From the NCBI GenBank assembly GCA_965178125.1, contig OZ237773.1, positions 496,001 through 560,000 of the forward strand: a stretch of 64,000 bases of DNA. The letters run 5' to 3'. The DNA is from Bilabrum cf. latius (Eukaryota). Under the pieces are notes generated by a model that worked only from the letters and a program-made list of their open reading frames with translations, was not told the DNA's origin and searched no databases. Below, one piece after another: positions 11,701-25,141 of the stretch; position 1 is the stretch's first letter; the number at the start of each line of letters is the position of its first letter. A program made the position numbers and the translations under genes.

Positions 11701-14700
11701 CCTCGTGCAGTCCGGGTCTGGGATGGGCAGCTCGGTGGCGGCTGTCGGGGATTTAGATGGGGACGGCCGCATGGACCTCGTTGTGGGAGCCGAGAGTGAC
11801 AGCGGGGATGGGACTAACGCAGGTGCTGTGCTCGTGATCTACATGGGAGGCAGCCGCGTCACTGCCAGCCCCAGTGCATCAGCCAGCAGCAGCCCATCCA
11901 GCAGCGCATCTCCCAGCACGTCGGCAACACCCAGCGCATCTTCCAGCACGTCAGCAACACCCAGCACATCTCCCAGCACGTCGGCAACACCCAGTCCTCT
12001 CGGTGCAGGCAACGTCACGGGTTACACGCGCATCAGCGATGATGAAGGCGGTTTTCCAGCGGACTCGCTCTCGAACGGATACCGCTTTGGAAACGCCATC
12101 AGTAGTCTGGGTGATATCAATCAAGACGGCGTGGAGGACTTGGCTGTCGGCATGCCTGGGGCGAGAGCCAACGGTGTTTCGGGCGGGGACGTGGCTGTGC
12201 TGCTGATGGATGCAGATGGCACCGTGGGGTCTGTCGTGCTGTTGCTCGGTGGGCAATCTTCGGGATTCAATTACACAGGGGAGTCCGGCAGCGAGTTTGG
12301 CCGCGGCCTGGGCTGTATCAGGTCTCAGCCTGCAGGCGATGACCCATCCATGCCTAGGCTGCTCGTGGGTCAGCCCGTCGCTAGTTTCGGCGGCAGCAAT
12401 GACGTGGGCCGGCTGTGGATCATCCGCATGAAGCCCAGCGGGCAGGTGGCCGACTATGCCAGAATTGATGGGGATGACCCGGTCATGGGCCATGAACTGA
12501 GGACTGCAGATGATGACTTCGGGTCGGGAGTGAGCGGAGATGTCGGGGACATTGACAACGATGGCATCAACGACATCATCTCGGGTGCTGGAGGTGCAGA
12601 CGATCAGCGCTCGAATGGAGGCAGGCTGTACGTGATTTTCTTGCGCGGCGATGACACCGTGAAGAACTACACGGTCGTGAACCAGGTGCCAGGGGGCGGC
12701 CTGGATGGGCTGGGGTCCCACCGCTGGCTGGGCGAGTCGATCGCTGTTCTACCCCCAGAATCGAGCACTCAGGCAGTTGCTGACGTCGCACTGGGGTCAA
12801 AGATATCGCAGACGATTCTGCTGTTCGGGCTGGGGGCAGACGGGCGTGTGGTCCACGGGACCGCTCAGGCCATCACAAACGACGGGCAGGCAGGCCTGGA
12901 CGAGGACGATCTTGAGGCCTTAAGCCGGTTTGGGTATGCTGTTGGGGCGATCGGCGATGTGAACGGGGACGGATGTACCGATCTGGCAGTAGGTGCCCCT
13001 TAGGACAGCGAGGGGGGATCTGGATCAGGGGCGGTGTACCTTCTCGTGCTGGACCGCAGCGGGGCCAGCGCTCGCGTGTCCTCCTGGACGAAGATCACGG
13101 CTCGAACCCAGGGCCTCGGTGGCGCTGTCACAGCAGCGGATGAGCTTGGCTCTAGCATTACGTCACTAATGGATGTTAACGGGGACGGGCGTCTTGACTT
13201 GGCAGTGGGCATGTCGCGCTACAACGGGGGCGCCGTGCTCGTGATGCACCTAGGGGGCGCAGTGCCCAGCACCAGCCCTAGCCCTAGCCCCAGTCCCAGT
13301 CCCAGTTCCAGCCCCAGCTCCAGCTCCAGCTCCAGCTCCAGCTCCAGCTCCAGTTCTAGCCCCAGTTCAAGCCCCAGTTCCAGCTCCAGTTCTAGCTCCA
13401 GTTCTAGCCCCAGTTCAAGCCCCAGTTCAAGCCCCAGTTCCAGCTCCAGTTCTAGCCCCAGTTCAAGCCCCAGTTCAAGCCCCAGTTCCAGCTCCAGTTC
13501 TAGCCCCAGTTCTAGCCCCAGTCCCAGCACGACTGCAACTGCTTCACCATCGTCCAGCTCAACACCAAGCCGCAGCCCTATCCCAAGCTCTGGTTCTAGC
13601 CCAAGCAGTACTAGCGATCCGCTCCCCAGCCCCAGCATGACCCCGGTGCCCATGGTGCGGCTGGCTGGCATCCAGGCCCTGTCTCTGGACGGCGCCATCA
13701 GCGGTCAGCTCTGGGAGTCGCTTGCAGGGCCCAATGCCACCACGGTGGTGTCTGGCCCCGGGCTGCTGCCAGGGGATAGACTGCCGGACAGACTCGTTGG
13801 CATGCCGAGCGCGTTCGGCCTCGGGGCTGTGGCGGTGCTCGAGGCCCGTGCAAGCGGCAATGCATCCCTGGCTGATTATGCCGTGAAAGGAGTATTGACC
13901 GGGCATGAGGGGACGGGTGTGCTGGCTGGCAAGATGTTGGCACAGGTGCTCGTGTCGCCGCTTCGGTTTGGAGCTGCTGTGACGTTTGCGGGTGATGTGG
14001 ATGGTGATGGACATGCTGACGTAGCCGTGGGGGCCCCGGGGGCACAGGCACAGGAGGGCGCAGTGTTTCTGATTCGACTAAATGGTACGTCCGGTGCTCC
14101 ACTGGATGTGACGACGATCGGTTCTTTCTCCGGTGGAATGGACACGGGCCTTTCGGTGGCTGCCGAGTTTGGTGCTTCTTTACTGGGTGGTCCAGAGATT
14201 GACATGAACGGCGACTCCGTGCCTGACCTAATTATCGGGGCACCTGGCCCTAGCACGGGGGAGGTGGGGCTGGTCACACTCACGAGGAGCATGGCCGTTG
14301 AGTCGTTCCGTTGGATAAATCGTGCACAGTCCGTGCCCGAGGACCTGCGGTACGGCGCTTCCCTCGCCCGCCTCGGCCCCTCCAGCTGCGTGGCCTCGGA
14401 TGACGCTCTGTAGGCGCTGTAGCTGGGCGACCACTTCGGCTGGCAGTCCTATCCACCGCCTGCTGGAGGGCAAGAGCCGTGTCTCTTGCGGATCGCAGTA
14501 GGCCAACCGGGGGACAGGCCGGCTGACGCAACGGCTCTACTCGGGATTCCCATCCATACACCATCGGGAGCTGTGGCCGTTTTGACGGTGCGCGGCACCA
14601 GCAGGAGCATGCAGGACCCGGTCACGATCACGTCTTTGTCTGGTGGGCTCGACGTGGATCTCCCTGCAGGGGGTCAGTTCGGCCTGTCTGTGGCGGCAAT

Positions 14701-15619
14701 GGGGCCTGGGCTGAGGCATGGCGACCACTCTGTGCTGGCAGTGGTGGGGGCCCCGCCCCTGCCACTGAGTCAGGAAGGCCTCCTGGTGCTCAAGGACGGG
14801 CTCTTTCACATACAGAATCCGGCTGCTTCTGCGGTGTTTGTCCTGGAGATGGGTCCCAGGTGTGTGGACCAGACCCGCGTGCTCCAGGTGACTCGTGCGG
14901 CAGGCGAGATGGGAGAGCAGGAGGCTTCTGCTGCCGCTGCAGTCTAGGCCGTACCCGATGCGATAGGCTTGTTGGGTTCTCTGGGCGCACTCGCTGCATC
15001 GGGAGGCAGGGATCAGCTTGTCGTGGGTGCGCCAGCAGGTGCATTGCAAGGTGGTGTAGCCACCGTCCTGCAGATGGAAGCCTACCCATGGTCATCTGCG
15101 GCGCCAAGCCCCACTGGCACAGGCACCCCCAGCCCCTTATCGGCTGCGTCGATCAGCGGCACGCCCTCTGTTACCCCCACCCCGACTCCAAGCAACTTCC
15201 CGAGCCCGCTGCCGGACGCACCAGCTGTGATGCGGGAGAGCCTCCCGCCCGTGCCATCCGATGCGCCTCCCGCCGGAATGTAGTGGGTGCTCGTGGAGCT
15301 CAACGGAACTATCGCCATATCGGTGTTTGGCTCAGCCCCGGCAGTGCTGCAGACCCCACAGAATGAACCGGAATTCCAGCGCGTTCGAGAGAGGATACAA
15401 TTGCTGGTTGGGACCAGCCTTCTGCGGTCGATGGGGGGTGACTTGCAGTGGGGCTTGCAGGATGGTACCGTGGGCTCCGGTGGAGTGGACCGTGGGGGGA
15501 GCTTGTGGGCCCGGGCTCGCACATATGGCCATGCGATCGGCAGCGATGGGGGTGACTTGGTCCTGCACAGCACAAACGGTGGAATATACGGTGGAGAGGG
15601 CGTTGCGGCAGTGCCTGAA

Positions 15620-15664
<45 letters not shown>

Positions 15665-17992
15665 TCGGGCCCAGGGGGCGTCAATGTGGAGGACGGGCTA
15701 GTCCTGCAGACGGATGGCGGCATGCAAGGTGCACAGAACGACTCGCAATCAAGCCGCGTGCTCTCGGGTCGGTCCAACGACACGGAGTCGGGTGCTTCTT
15801 TGCCTGGCGAGCCAGCAGGAGGCCCAGCTGACAGTGCGCTGCAGCCGTCGTCCCAGCCTGAACTGTTCGCTCCAGATGCACCCATGACGATCAGTTTCGC
15901 GGCTCTGGCTCGTGTGCAGGTGGATTTCAACTTGGCGGCGCGAGCGATCGCCTCGGAGGAGCTAGTCCAGGCCATGGCAAGTGCAGCACCTGCCGGCCAG
16001 AATGCCTCAACACATGCCGCGGGCCAGGGCCCAGGAGCAGACCCCTCTGCCATGCTGCTGGCCAACCTGACCGATGCATTCATGGATCAGACGTTCGCCA
16101 GACAGCTGTTTGCCAGTGATCCTGGGCTGTTCAGCAGCGACTCTAGAGGGGCGCCCACGGATGCAGTGCTGGTAGGTATCGTTGCTGCCGTGCGGCTGAT
16201 CGACTCGATTGATCAGGACCAGGGGAGTGCGGAGGGTGAGAGAGATGCCAGTGGCAACCCGACACAGACGGGCGAACGGGTCAGTTTCAGTATGCGCGAG
16301 CTCGTAGTTGGCATAGTTGTCTTCGTGAGTGCAACTGCTCTGTGCGTGGGTTTCGTGTTCGCCGGCCTGTGGTACCTGAACGCGCGGCAGACTGCAGCGG
16401 TGCAGGCCGAGATGGACGAGGCCAGCAGGATGCAGGAAGAGCTGTCCCGTGCCGATGCCGCAGACGAAGAGGAGGGGGAGGGGGACCGGGAGGCGGCTCG
16501 CATGATTGGCGCGCGGCTGGCAGGAGGCAGCAGCATGTGGCCAAGAGGGGGCAAGGACGGGAATGGGCTTAGGTCGGCTGGGAGGGTGTCCCCGCATGTC
16601 CTGCCGGTGAGCGTGCAGGGGACGCACATTCCAGGGACTGGCGCCCCTTAGTAGGCCGCAGCTCGAATGAATGGTGGGAGCAGCAGGAGTTGCGCTCCCT
16701 GGGAGGATCGGGGGCGTGTCTCCATGAGCACTCGTCACTCAAGCATGACCCAAACTTAGGATGAAGCAGATGCCGCTGCCCAGCATGCCACTGCCGCCTT
16801 CTCCCTTGGGCGCAATAAGGAAGGAATTAAAGTTACCGAGGCGTGGGGACAGGGTTAGCCGGGTGTCGATGGAGCTATCTCGAGGGCGGTCGGCAGCGAT
16901 GTCCTTGCATTGCAGCAGAGGTCAGACCGCAGGCAGCTGAGGGAAGCCGCGATCCAGGCACCGCTATCGGCTGCAGAGCGGCGGGCCCTGGCTGGGTTTG
17001 AGGGTGGGCCGCACACTACGCTGCTGCAGCGTGGCATGCACACCATCGGGGCAGACAGGGCGCTGGATCCGGGATTGAGGCTGGCCCCACCGACTGCTGC
17101 TGACCCCTCCAGCCCGTCCACTGCCCACGCAGCCGCCCTCGCGACCCGCCGGTCCTTCAACTACTCGCCCAGGGCCCGCCGGCGGTCGTCGTAGCCTGGC
17201 TTTCTGATGCACGTTCCCGCTGGCTCAGAGGACGCCAGCAGCATGCGCACAGCAGGCTCTGGGATAGACCCATTTGAGGATGATAGAGTTGACTCTGTCT
17301 CTGAGGACGACGGCATCATTGCGGCTGGACTGGACCCGCAGGGTCGACTTCCACGTGGCAAAGTAGATGCCTTCCAGACAGATGTCTCCAAGGTCGTTGT
17401 TCTGCGAGACCTGGACCAAGCAGAGGGACATAGTGTTACTGCTGCTGCCGCTGGATCGCGGGCTGGGTACGCCGCAGCGAGATCTCAGGGGGGGCTGCTT
17501 AGCGGTCGAGCAGCCGCGGAGGATGGTGTGGACTCCCGCGCGCGCTCTCGACGGAGCTCTGACCCCGGTTTCCTGATTGACATGGTGGCCAATGGGTCGG
17601 AGGAGCTGGTCGTTGGACACTCGGTGCCGGTAGGACAGCAGCGCGATCTGTCTGCTGGCACCTAGGGTGCGCAAGCGGAAGTGCACACGGAGCAAAAGGA
17701 CGAAAGCGTTGTTCCTAGCGCACTGCGTGCCCTTCGCCACGCCGCCAATGTGGGACACGACTCCTCTCAGGAGGCAGGCAGGGGCCCAGCCAACGACGTG
17801 CACTCGAATCTAGAAGTCGCACCGGGCGAGCCAGTCACTGTGGGTGGGGAGGAGGACGGAGGTAAATAGAGCGAGGAGGTGTACGAAGACGAGAGTGATG
17901 AGGAGGACGAGGATGATGTCATGAAGCTGATCAGAGCAGCTGTTGCCACTGGGATGTCCCTCGACAACAAGCCCGAGGATCCGGATGGTTGA
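8726..17992 (+). CDS. Giant FG-GAP (integrin-alpha-like) repeat type I membrane protein, ~3,030 aa; exons 8726-8866 and 9023(or 9026)-17992
   Basis: Signal peptide [22 protein letters not shown] donor at 8867, many GDLDGDG..D.AVGAP repeats, Ser/Pro/Thr linkers, TM helix ~16300-16380. About 9 kb of one frame with 17-18 TAGs and no TAA/TGA until TGA 17990-17992. Confidence 0.88.
13268..13530 (+). repeat. Coding Ser/Pro low-complexity repeat (tccagc/agcccc units), mucin-like linker
   Basis: Visible in the sequence; translates as SPSPSSSSS. Confidence 0.9.
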
Positions 17993-18201
17993 CTGGCGTT
18001 CATTGTAGCTGAAATTGACCCACCCCCCGTGAGCTGAACAGCGGGGGTGCGACCAAATGCTCTAATTGATCCCGGATCCCTAGAACAGGTACCACCTGTC
18101 TCTGGACACATTGCCCAGTCTAGGAGAAACTTGGAACGAAAAAGCTATTTGGTAGATTACAACCTAGGTCATCTCCAAACAAATTGTGCTTTTCAGCGTG
18201 C

Positions 18202-19862
18202 TCACATGCCCATCCCTGGCATCATGCCGCTCTTCTGCATGGCCTTGGCCAACCTCTTCTGCTCCTTCTTCTTCATCGCCTTGGCCTTCTTGGGGTTGGT
18301 GCGCTCCAGCTCCGCCAGCCTGGCCTCTTTTTCTCTCTGCTTCTGGGCCTCTTCCAGCTCCCTCTGCTTCTGCTCCCGCTCCCTCTTCACCTCTGTCAGC
18401 TTCGATTCGCGCTGCTTGCGGCAGGCAGCCAGCTCCCGCTGGTCTCCCCGCACGGTTGCCACGGCATCCGTCAGTTGCAGGGCCAGCTGCACCAGCCTCT
18501 CGATCTTAGAGGGCCAGTCGGACCCCGAGGGCAGCTCGATGCGCATCTGCACCGCGAAGTTGGTCATGGGGCTGTCCTGCGATGCAGCCGCGTTCTTGGC
18601 GTGGTCCGTGACGAGCAGTTGCTTGAAGGCAGCGGGAATGCCTTCTGCCTTGTCTCCCTTGGCGTACCGCAGCATCACCTCCAGTGCGGTCTCAGCGGCC
18701 CCCTCGTCCTCGTCCTCGTCCTCTTCGTCCTCCGGGTCCGGGGTCAGCTTGGTGGCGCCCAGCACACCAGAAGCCAGTCCCGTGGAGGGCCCCACCTCCA
18801 GGGCCTTGCCCAGGGCCAGAGGCTCGGAGAGGAGCTTCATCCCAGTCACCCTAGCATCGGCAGCCACGGCCAGCTGCTTGGCCAGCGCCTGCCCCAGCCG
18901 CTCCCTAGACACCTCCGAGGCGTACTCCCGGAGTCCATGGTCCTGCTGCATGAGCGTGCGGACCCGCTTGCGGGGGAGCACAGCCAGGACCATGTTGCGA
19001 GCCGCAGAAGGCTCCATCCTGAGGTCAATGGTGAGCGAGTCCTTCATCCCGGTGAAGAGCGCGTACACGTACATGAGTAGGTTGTGCCGGGGGATCAGCT
19101 CAAAGGTGGCCACAAGCCCGCGTACGTGCCGCCGCCCCGTGGCGAAGAACTTGAACACGTCGTTTGCCTCTGTCAGGAAAGGGAAGTTATCCGCGCTGTC
19201 GGACTGCTCGCCCTTCTTCGCCTTGGCATTCGCCTCGGCGGTGCCATCCGAGACTACTGCCAGCTGCTTGAACTACCTCTCCAACAGCCCGCGGAAGTGC
19301 TCCAAGAACTTGAGGGGGATCGATCGGTTCGCGCTGCGCCCCCAAAGTAGTACAATCACAAATGCTGCTACAACTGCCCCGGCCATCGCCTCTAGGATGA
19401 GCCCATTCGCTGCAACGAAATCGTCAATTACCTTCACACCAGTAATGCCGCCTGCAGCCGGAGCGACCACGGTATTGCTGGGCGAATCAGCCACTTTCCT
19501 CTTCTTTCGCTTGCCTTTCTTTGATTTCCTGCGCTTGGGCAGCTTAGATTTCTTGGATGGCTTGTCACTTGCATCAGGCGTATCCACCGGCGCACTTCCA
19601 GCGGGTTTTTCGCTAGCAGCAGACACTTGGTCGTTTGATGCCACCATATTGTCTTCAGTAGTTCGCGAAGTTATCCCAAACTCGTCTTCTTCGGCAACAC
19701 CTGCAAGGCATAGTGGTGAGAAGGCATATTCTTTGCACGTGGCTGGAAGAAAGTACAATGATGCCGGCAGTAGTTCCTAAAATCGTCGTTTATCTCACTA
19801 GAGGCTGCCACAATGACAGACAATACCAGGGTTATTCCCAATACGGCCCTTATTATTGGCAT
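18202..19862 (-). CDS. CCDC47: CCDC47/DUF1682-like ER membrane protein; exons 19862-19799 and 19700-18202
   Basis: Signal peptide, frame-restoring GT-AG intron, TM followed by GRSAN, FKFFATGRR and LIPRHNLL motifs, basic C-terminal coiled coil. TAG at 19273; ends TGA. Confidence 0.72.
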
Positions 19863-20825
19863 GTTGAGTCCTTGTGTGATTTCTTGCAAGCGGGCCTGGC
19901 CAATATACCGCAAATCGCTCGCAACCCATTCAGCCCCAGCCATGAAAGAAGCTGCTTTGCTTGCTGGCGCTACAAATATTGATGTACTGCTTGGTATGTA
20001 TACTGCAACAAAGTTCTTTGACCCCCAATCACTATACCGCTACTCCGGCCCGCATTCGCGACGCCTCCCTCAGGCTGCGACCTCAGGCTGCCTCAGGCTG
20101 CCTGCGCACCACTGGCAAGAGCGGTGCTCGCCATGATCCAGTTCCGAGCGGTGCGCTCGCTTTCGCAACCAAGACAACTGGAAGCAAAAGGGTTTGCACA
20201 TTTCCAAAGCACTACCCATTCGCCATGCTGTCAGGGCTGCATTAGAGGCAAAGGCAGCACATCATTCGTTGTAGCATCCATCTCCATCTTGACCCACGCC
20301 TCGTCTCCGTGGTAGTAGCTTTTGATATATCCGTCTGCACCCACATCCACATTTTTGGACTCGCCCAGGTTCACTGTTTTGGTATCCTCAGAGCGGCCCG
20401 CGTCCGCATTGGATCCTGTGCTTTAGTTCGCACCGAACGCACCGCGACGACGATCTTTGCCCCATATAAGTCGGAACTGCCCTTTGTCTCATTTTCGCTC
20501 TTCCAAGTGCCGGAATTCGGTACAAGCTGCAAATAAATAGCGTAGCATATCGTGGTTCACGCACGGCGTGTTACTGGAGACGTGGCAAGAACGCTATGAG
20601 CTTGAAGCGCTGCATACCTTGAGAGACAGACGACGGCGCCATCAATTTCTACAGTGTCAGCCATACTTATCAATTGACTTCATTTGTCAACTATGCCCCA
20701 AATCATGATGCAAGACCATTGCAGTGCTAACCAAGTGTCGTCAAGCCGCCGTTCTAGAACGGCGGCTCCGAATGCGTTTGCGCTCGACGCAACGAAATGA
20801 TCAGAAACGGTGCCTTTGTCACGGT

Positions 20826-23800
20826 ATGGACGGTGGAGCCCGAGACAATAGGAATGCCGAGCAAAAGGCGCGCTCAGCGAGGCTTTTGAATCTAATTTTC
20901 GGTGTGCCAAGGGACATTCACCTTGAGGACTTCTCCTGCGCTCTATACCACGGCCCTGTCCCCAGACAAGGGCGACTATATCTGACCACAACCAATCATT
21001 TGTACTTTTTCAGTAGCGTGTTTGGATCTGAAGTGCGGTTGTCGATCCCGCTCTCACGAGCTACGTCCGTATCAAGGCAGCAGGCGTTGCTGATGGTCCA
21101 AGCTGTCCGTGTCGAATACTGGGACGCGGATGGGCGACCTGCAGTGGCAGTATTTGGCTCTTTTGCATCGAATAGTCGAGATTTAGCATTTGGCGCATGT
21201 CTGCAGGCCTTGTATAGAGCTAGACCAGGGATGAGGCCGGCACCGAAGTCCACCCACTTGGCTGCACCGAACGCTGCCAGTCGACCTGAGAGCGCCATGG
21301 GGAGCAGATTAGTGCAGTCAACCGCTCGATCATCAGATGATGAGTTGTTGAGTACCCCGAAATCGACTGGAATCCGCCTAACGGAAGAGGATGAGGCGCG
21401 CATGGCCTCCATAGCAGGCGCTCTCGAGGCTCTCAAGAAGGGAGACCAGCCTGTGGGCCCGGGGGCTCCTCCCAGTGCTAATGTGAGCGGAGCATCCACA
21501 GATCTCACACCTGGTAGATCAAGTCAAGCCGCACATGCTGACAGTATGGATGGCCAGGAGCCAGACGCGAGAGGCAGGGGCAGGGTGCCACACCGCACGT
21601 CCATGGCGGGCCCCGAGTAGTCAGGGCCTGCATCCCCCGAGCGTGCCTCCTCAGCTGGGTCTGCAGGTGGCTCGGGCAGAACGTTCGGGTCACAGTCGGC
21701 GCAGGTGCTGCGGCGCAGGCGCAATAGGCTGCAGGGGGGTGACGGGTCGAGGAGCAGGCCCGGGGCCGGGGAGGGGGAGGGGGAGGGGTCCTCGCCGCAC
21801 GTGGAGGTGACAGGGTCAGGGTCAGAGACAGGGATGCAGAAACATGGTCAAGAGCATGGGAATGACCTTGACTCTCTCAGCCTCTGGCAGACAGATCTGG
21901 CTCGGCTCTCGGAGGGCGGGGACACTCCCGTTGCATGGAGCAGTCCAGATGGGCACTTTGACAGGAGCTCATCGGGGCCTTTGCTGGCCTCTGGCAGCGG
22001 GTCGGGCATGGGAGATGCTGCTGGTCCAAGCGCCAAGCCAGCGAGGGCCCAGTCGAGTGTGCTTGGAATTGAAGCCGGGGCTGGCACTCAGCACCAGCGT
22101 CTGCGTGCAGGCACCGCCGCGGCCAGTCTGCAGGCGGCCGGTAGGGTCGGTCTGCTGGAGCCGGGTGGGTAGGAGGCCGAGGAGGAGGGTGGGGGGGAAG
22201 TGAGACGAGGTGGAGAGGAGGATGTAGATAGGAGGGGAAGAGGGGTCGAAGCGACGATGGCTGCCGGGACAGGTGGCAGTGGGGATGGGTCTAGGCCGGT
22301 AGGGCTGAAACGGGGGCAGGATCCGGGACTGAGTCTGGAGCGAGGGGCCAGGCATGCCTCTGAAGTAGAGGAGGCATGGCTGCCCGAGGCACCCGCGGGC
22401 CTGGCTCACAGTGCGCTGCAGGACATGCGCATCATCTTGGACGTGCGCCTGCCGCTGCACCCCTCTTGCGTGTTCCCCGAGTTCTTCGCGGATGATGCAC
22501 CGTCGGGTGCGGCTGCCTTTCACAGGTATCAGGGCAACATCACGGACCTGGTGGTGACCCCTTGGGTGGACGAGGCCTCGTGGAACAGGGAGGGGGAGGG
22601 GGAGGGCGAGGGGGGCGAGGGGCCTGCGCTACCACCACTTTCGTCGGCGGGTGCTGCTGCAGCACCAGGTGGGGCTGGAGCTAGTGGGGGCGCGCCCTCG
22701 CCCTCCACCGGTGAGCTGCCCTCCCACACGATGGTCCGGTCTACATCGTACGTGATGCACCTCAAGCCCGGGTTCATGCTGCCCAAGAGCACGCGGGTGG
22801 AGAAGACCTGCCGCGTGCAGAGGTTCAGGGGAGGCGTCCTCGTGGTGGAGCACCAGGCCCGCTCGCTGGATGTGCCCTTCGGTGATCTCTTTGCCACTGT
22901 CGACCGCTGGATCGTGGAGCCGTGTGACCCAGAGGGTGGAGGCGAAGGGACGGCTGCAACAGGCAGTGGCAGTGGCAGTGGCAGTGGCAGTGGCAGTGGC
23001 AGTGGCAGTGGCAGTGGCAGTGGCAGTGGCAGTGGCAGTGGCAGTGGCAGTGGCAGTGGCAGTGGCAGTGGCAGTGGCAGTGGCAGTGGCAGTGGCAGTG
23101 GCAGTGGGGGGTCCTGGGTGCGGCTGCGGGTGGGGAACACGGTTCGCTTCAGTTCCTACACCATGTTCCGCGGCCAGATCGAGTCCCAGTCCACCGATGG
23201 ATTGCGGGAGTACCACGAGCAATGGGCCGCGTTTGCCAGGGAACAAGCAAGGGAGGCACCTGAGCGCATGCGGCAAAGGGAGGCGCCGTGCATGCGGCAG
23301 CTGACGCGGGAGAGCAGTCACGCGAGCAGTCTCGCTGGCTCGCTGGTGCCAGGGGGTGGCGCTGGGGCTGGTGGGCCTTGCCCTGGTCAGCTCGACCACG
23401 ACCGGTCGCACAGGGCAAGTGCGGCGGGAAGCGAGTACCTGGAGGGGCCCACTGCCGCTGCGGTGGAGGAGGAGCTGCGGCAGGCGGCTCGGGAGGACAG
23501 CCGGGGCAGCAGCTTCGACTCGGAGCGTGGCTTGCACGCAGTCATGGGGGATGCGCGAATGGGGGCTAGAGCAGGTGGTGGTGGGCCTGCCTCCATGCAG
23601 AGCGCAGGGGTGTCGGGTCAGGCATCGGCCCGCGAGGGGCAGTCCAGGGAGAGCTCTGGTCCCAGCCTCTCGCGGTCCGTCCTGCCGGTCCCTGCGTGGG
23701 CGATCCTCGTGGTGATGGCGCTGCTATGCGGTTTCTTGGCGGGATACCTGGTGGGCAGGCAGGGAGGCGGTGTAAACGTTACTACTGCCGGCGGCGATGA

Positions 23801-23873
23801 TAATTTAGAGGCGAGGCTCCTCGAGAAAATGCGGCAGGAAATGCGGGCCCTGGTGGGCAAGCAGAGCTCGTGA
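20826..23873 (+). CDS. GRAM + VASt (StART-like) + C-terminal TM protein (GRAMD1/LAM-like lipid transfer protein)
   Basis: GRAM EDFSCAL...QGRLYLTTTNHLYFFSSVFG; VASt DVPFGDLFATVDRW and FRGQIESQS; C-terminal TM. TAGs at 21618 and 22170; ends TGA. Alternative start 20772. Confidence 0.85.
22962..23106 (+). repeat. Perfect (GGCAGT)n microsatellite, ~24 units, encoding (Gly-Ser)n
   Basis: Visible in the sequence, inside the VASt region. Confidence 0.97.
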
Positions 23874-24038
23874 TGGGTGCGCTGGATCAGCTGGTTCCAT
23901 GCACCGTGGTACAACTAGTCAGCCTTAACGATTGCATGTATGTACTAGATCTAAGTTTGTGTCAATTATCAACACTCGGTACACTCGCGTACCATCACAC
24001 GGGTGCCACGACAAGACTGACGACACACTTGGGCCAAC

Positions 24039-24923
24039 TTACTCCTCGATCGTCTTCGCGGCTGTCCGTCGCACGCGCCGCTTGTACTGCTTCCTATCAT
24101 TCACATACAGTCGCGCGGCATCGACGTTTGCCGGTGAGTCGCAATTGGGATCTGTCAGCAGCGACTGGATAGATGTGAGCAGCATGTCTACCGTGTAGAT
24201 TGGCTTCCATAGATTCTGGATGATATCCAGGCAGATTGATCCATCGGGGTACACTGCATAAAAAATTCGGATTCGAGTCAGGGCGGCAGCGAAGTCATCT
24301 CGAATCGTTTGCCTCGGCAACTTTACCAACCATTCCGTCTCACCGTTTGGATGAAACATCTCGCAAGTGAACCGAACCTTGGGTGCTTTGTTTGGATACT
24401 GGTCTGGAAAAGTGAGCCTCAACGAGAAAATCCCTCCTGCGTGCTCGGCAAAACACTAGAGTGAGGCGCAAATTGTGGTGAGGGAGAAAGTGCTCGCTCA
24501 GTGTCGGGGTGAACGAGCGCCAGCTCACCCTCCCAAGGGCTTTCCTCTGGCCCCATAATGGAAGCATTCCAAATAAACAAGTTGTCTTCACTCATTGGGC
24601 TTGCTGATACTCCCTGCGATAGCCAGTGAAGCATTCTTGGACGGGACGTAGACGTCTCGAAGTAGCAACCATTCCATATACAGCGACTACAAATACATCA
24701 ATCTTACAGGTGGGGCATCTTCCTACAGGCGTTTCATATCAGATACTAAGCGAAGGGTGGCAACGCGTCTGTCCTTGCCAGAAGATGCCACGGACTTCGG
24801 TTTCGGCGCAGGTGCGGGAGCTGCGGCTGGGGCCGGAGCAGGAGCTGCTGTGCTGGAGGATCCAGAGACCCCAGATGACCCTTCTGATTGACCTGAACCG
24901 GATGTTCCTGCAACTGCCGCCAT
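24039..24923 (-). CDS. RAD6: Ubiquitin-conjugating enzyme, Rad6/UBE2A family; 3 introns
   Basis: RLVSDMKRL(TAG 24723)EDAPP | [22 protein letters not shown]...WEG | GIFSL...FHPN | [24 protein letters not shown] junctions restore the frame; ends TAA 24039-24041. Confidence 0.93.
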
Positions 24924-25141
24924 TATTTTCGAGGTTGCTCTGATCTCGCCTGCCCAGCCGATTGGTGGTTGCGTGCACATAGACGAACCGGAATTTCCCG
25001 GAATCGTGTAAATTTCTTGGCGCATTCTGGTGTGTCTAAAACTCGGCAAAGCTGCTCCTACGCAGGAAGACCGGCCTAGTTAGGCAACGTGGATGACCTA
25101 AGGCTTGCCGAATGGCAAAGAGCGGACTAGGATCTCCTCTA

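Noticed and set aside
9401-17869. TAGs removed by tiny introns
   Set aside because: Motif spacing is continuous across the TAGs and most have no suitable upstream GT donor.
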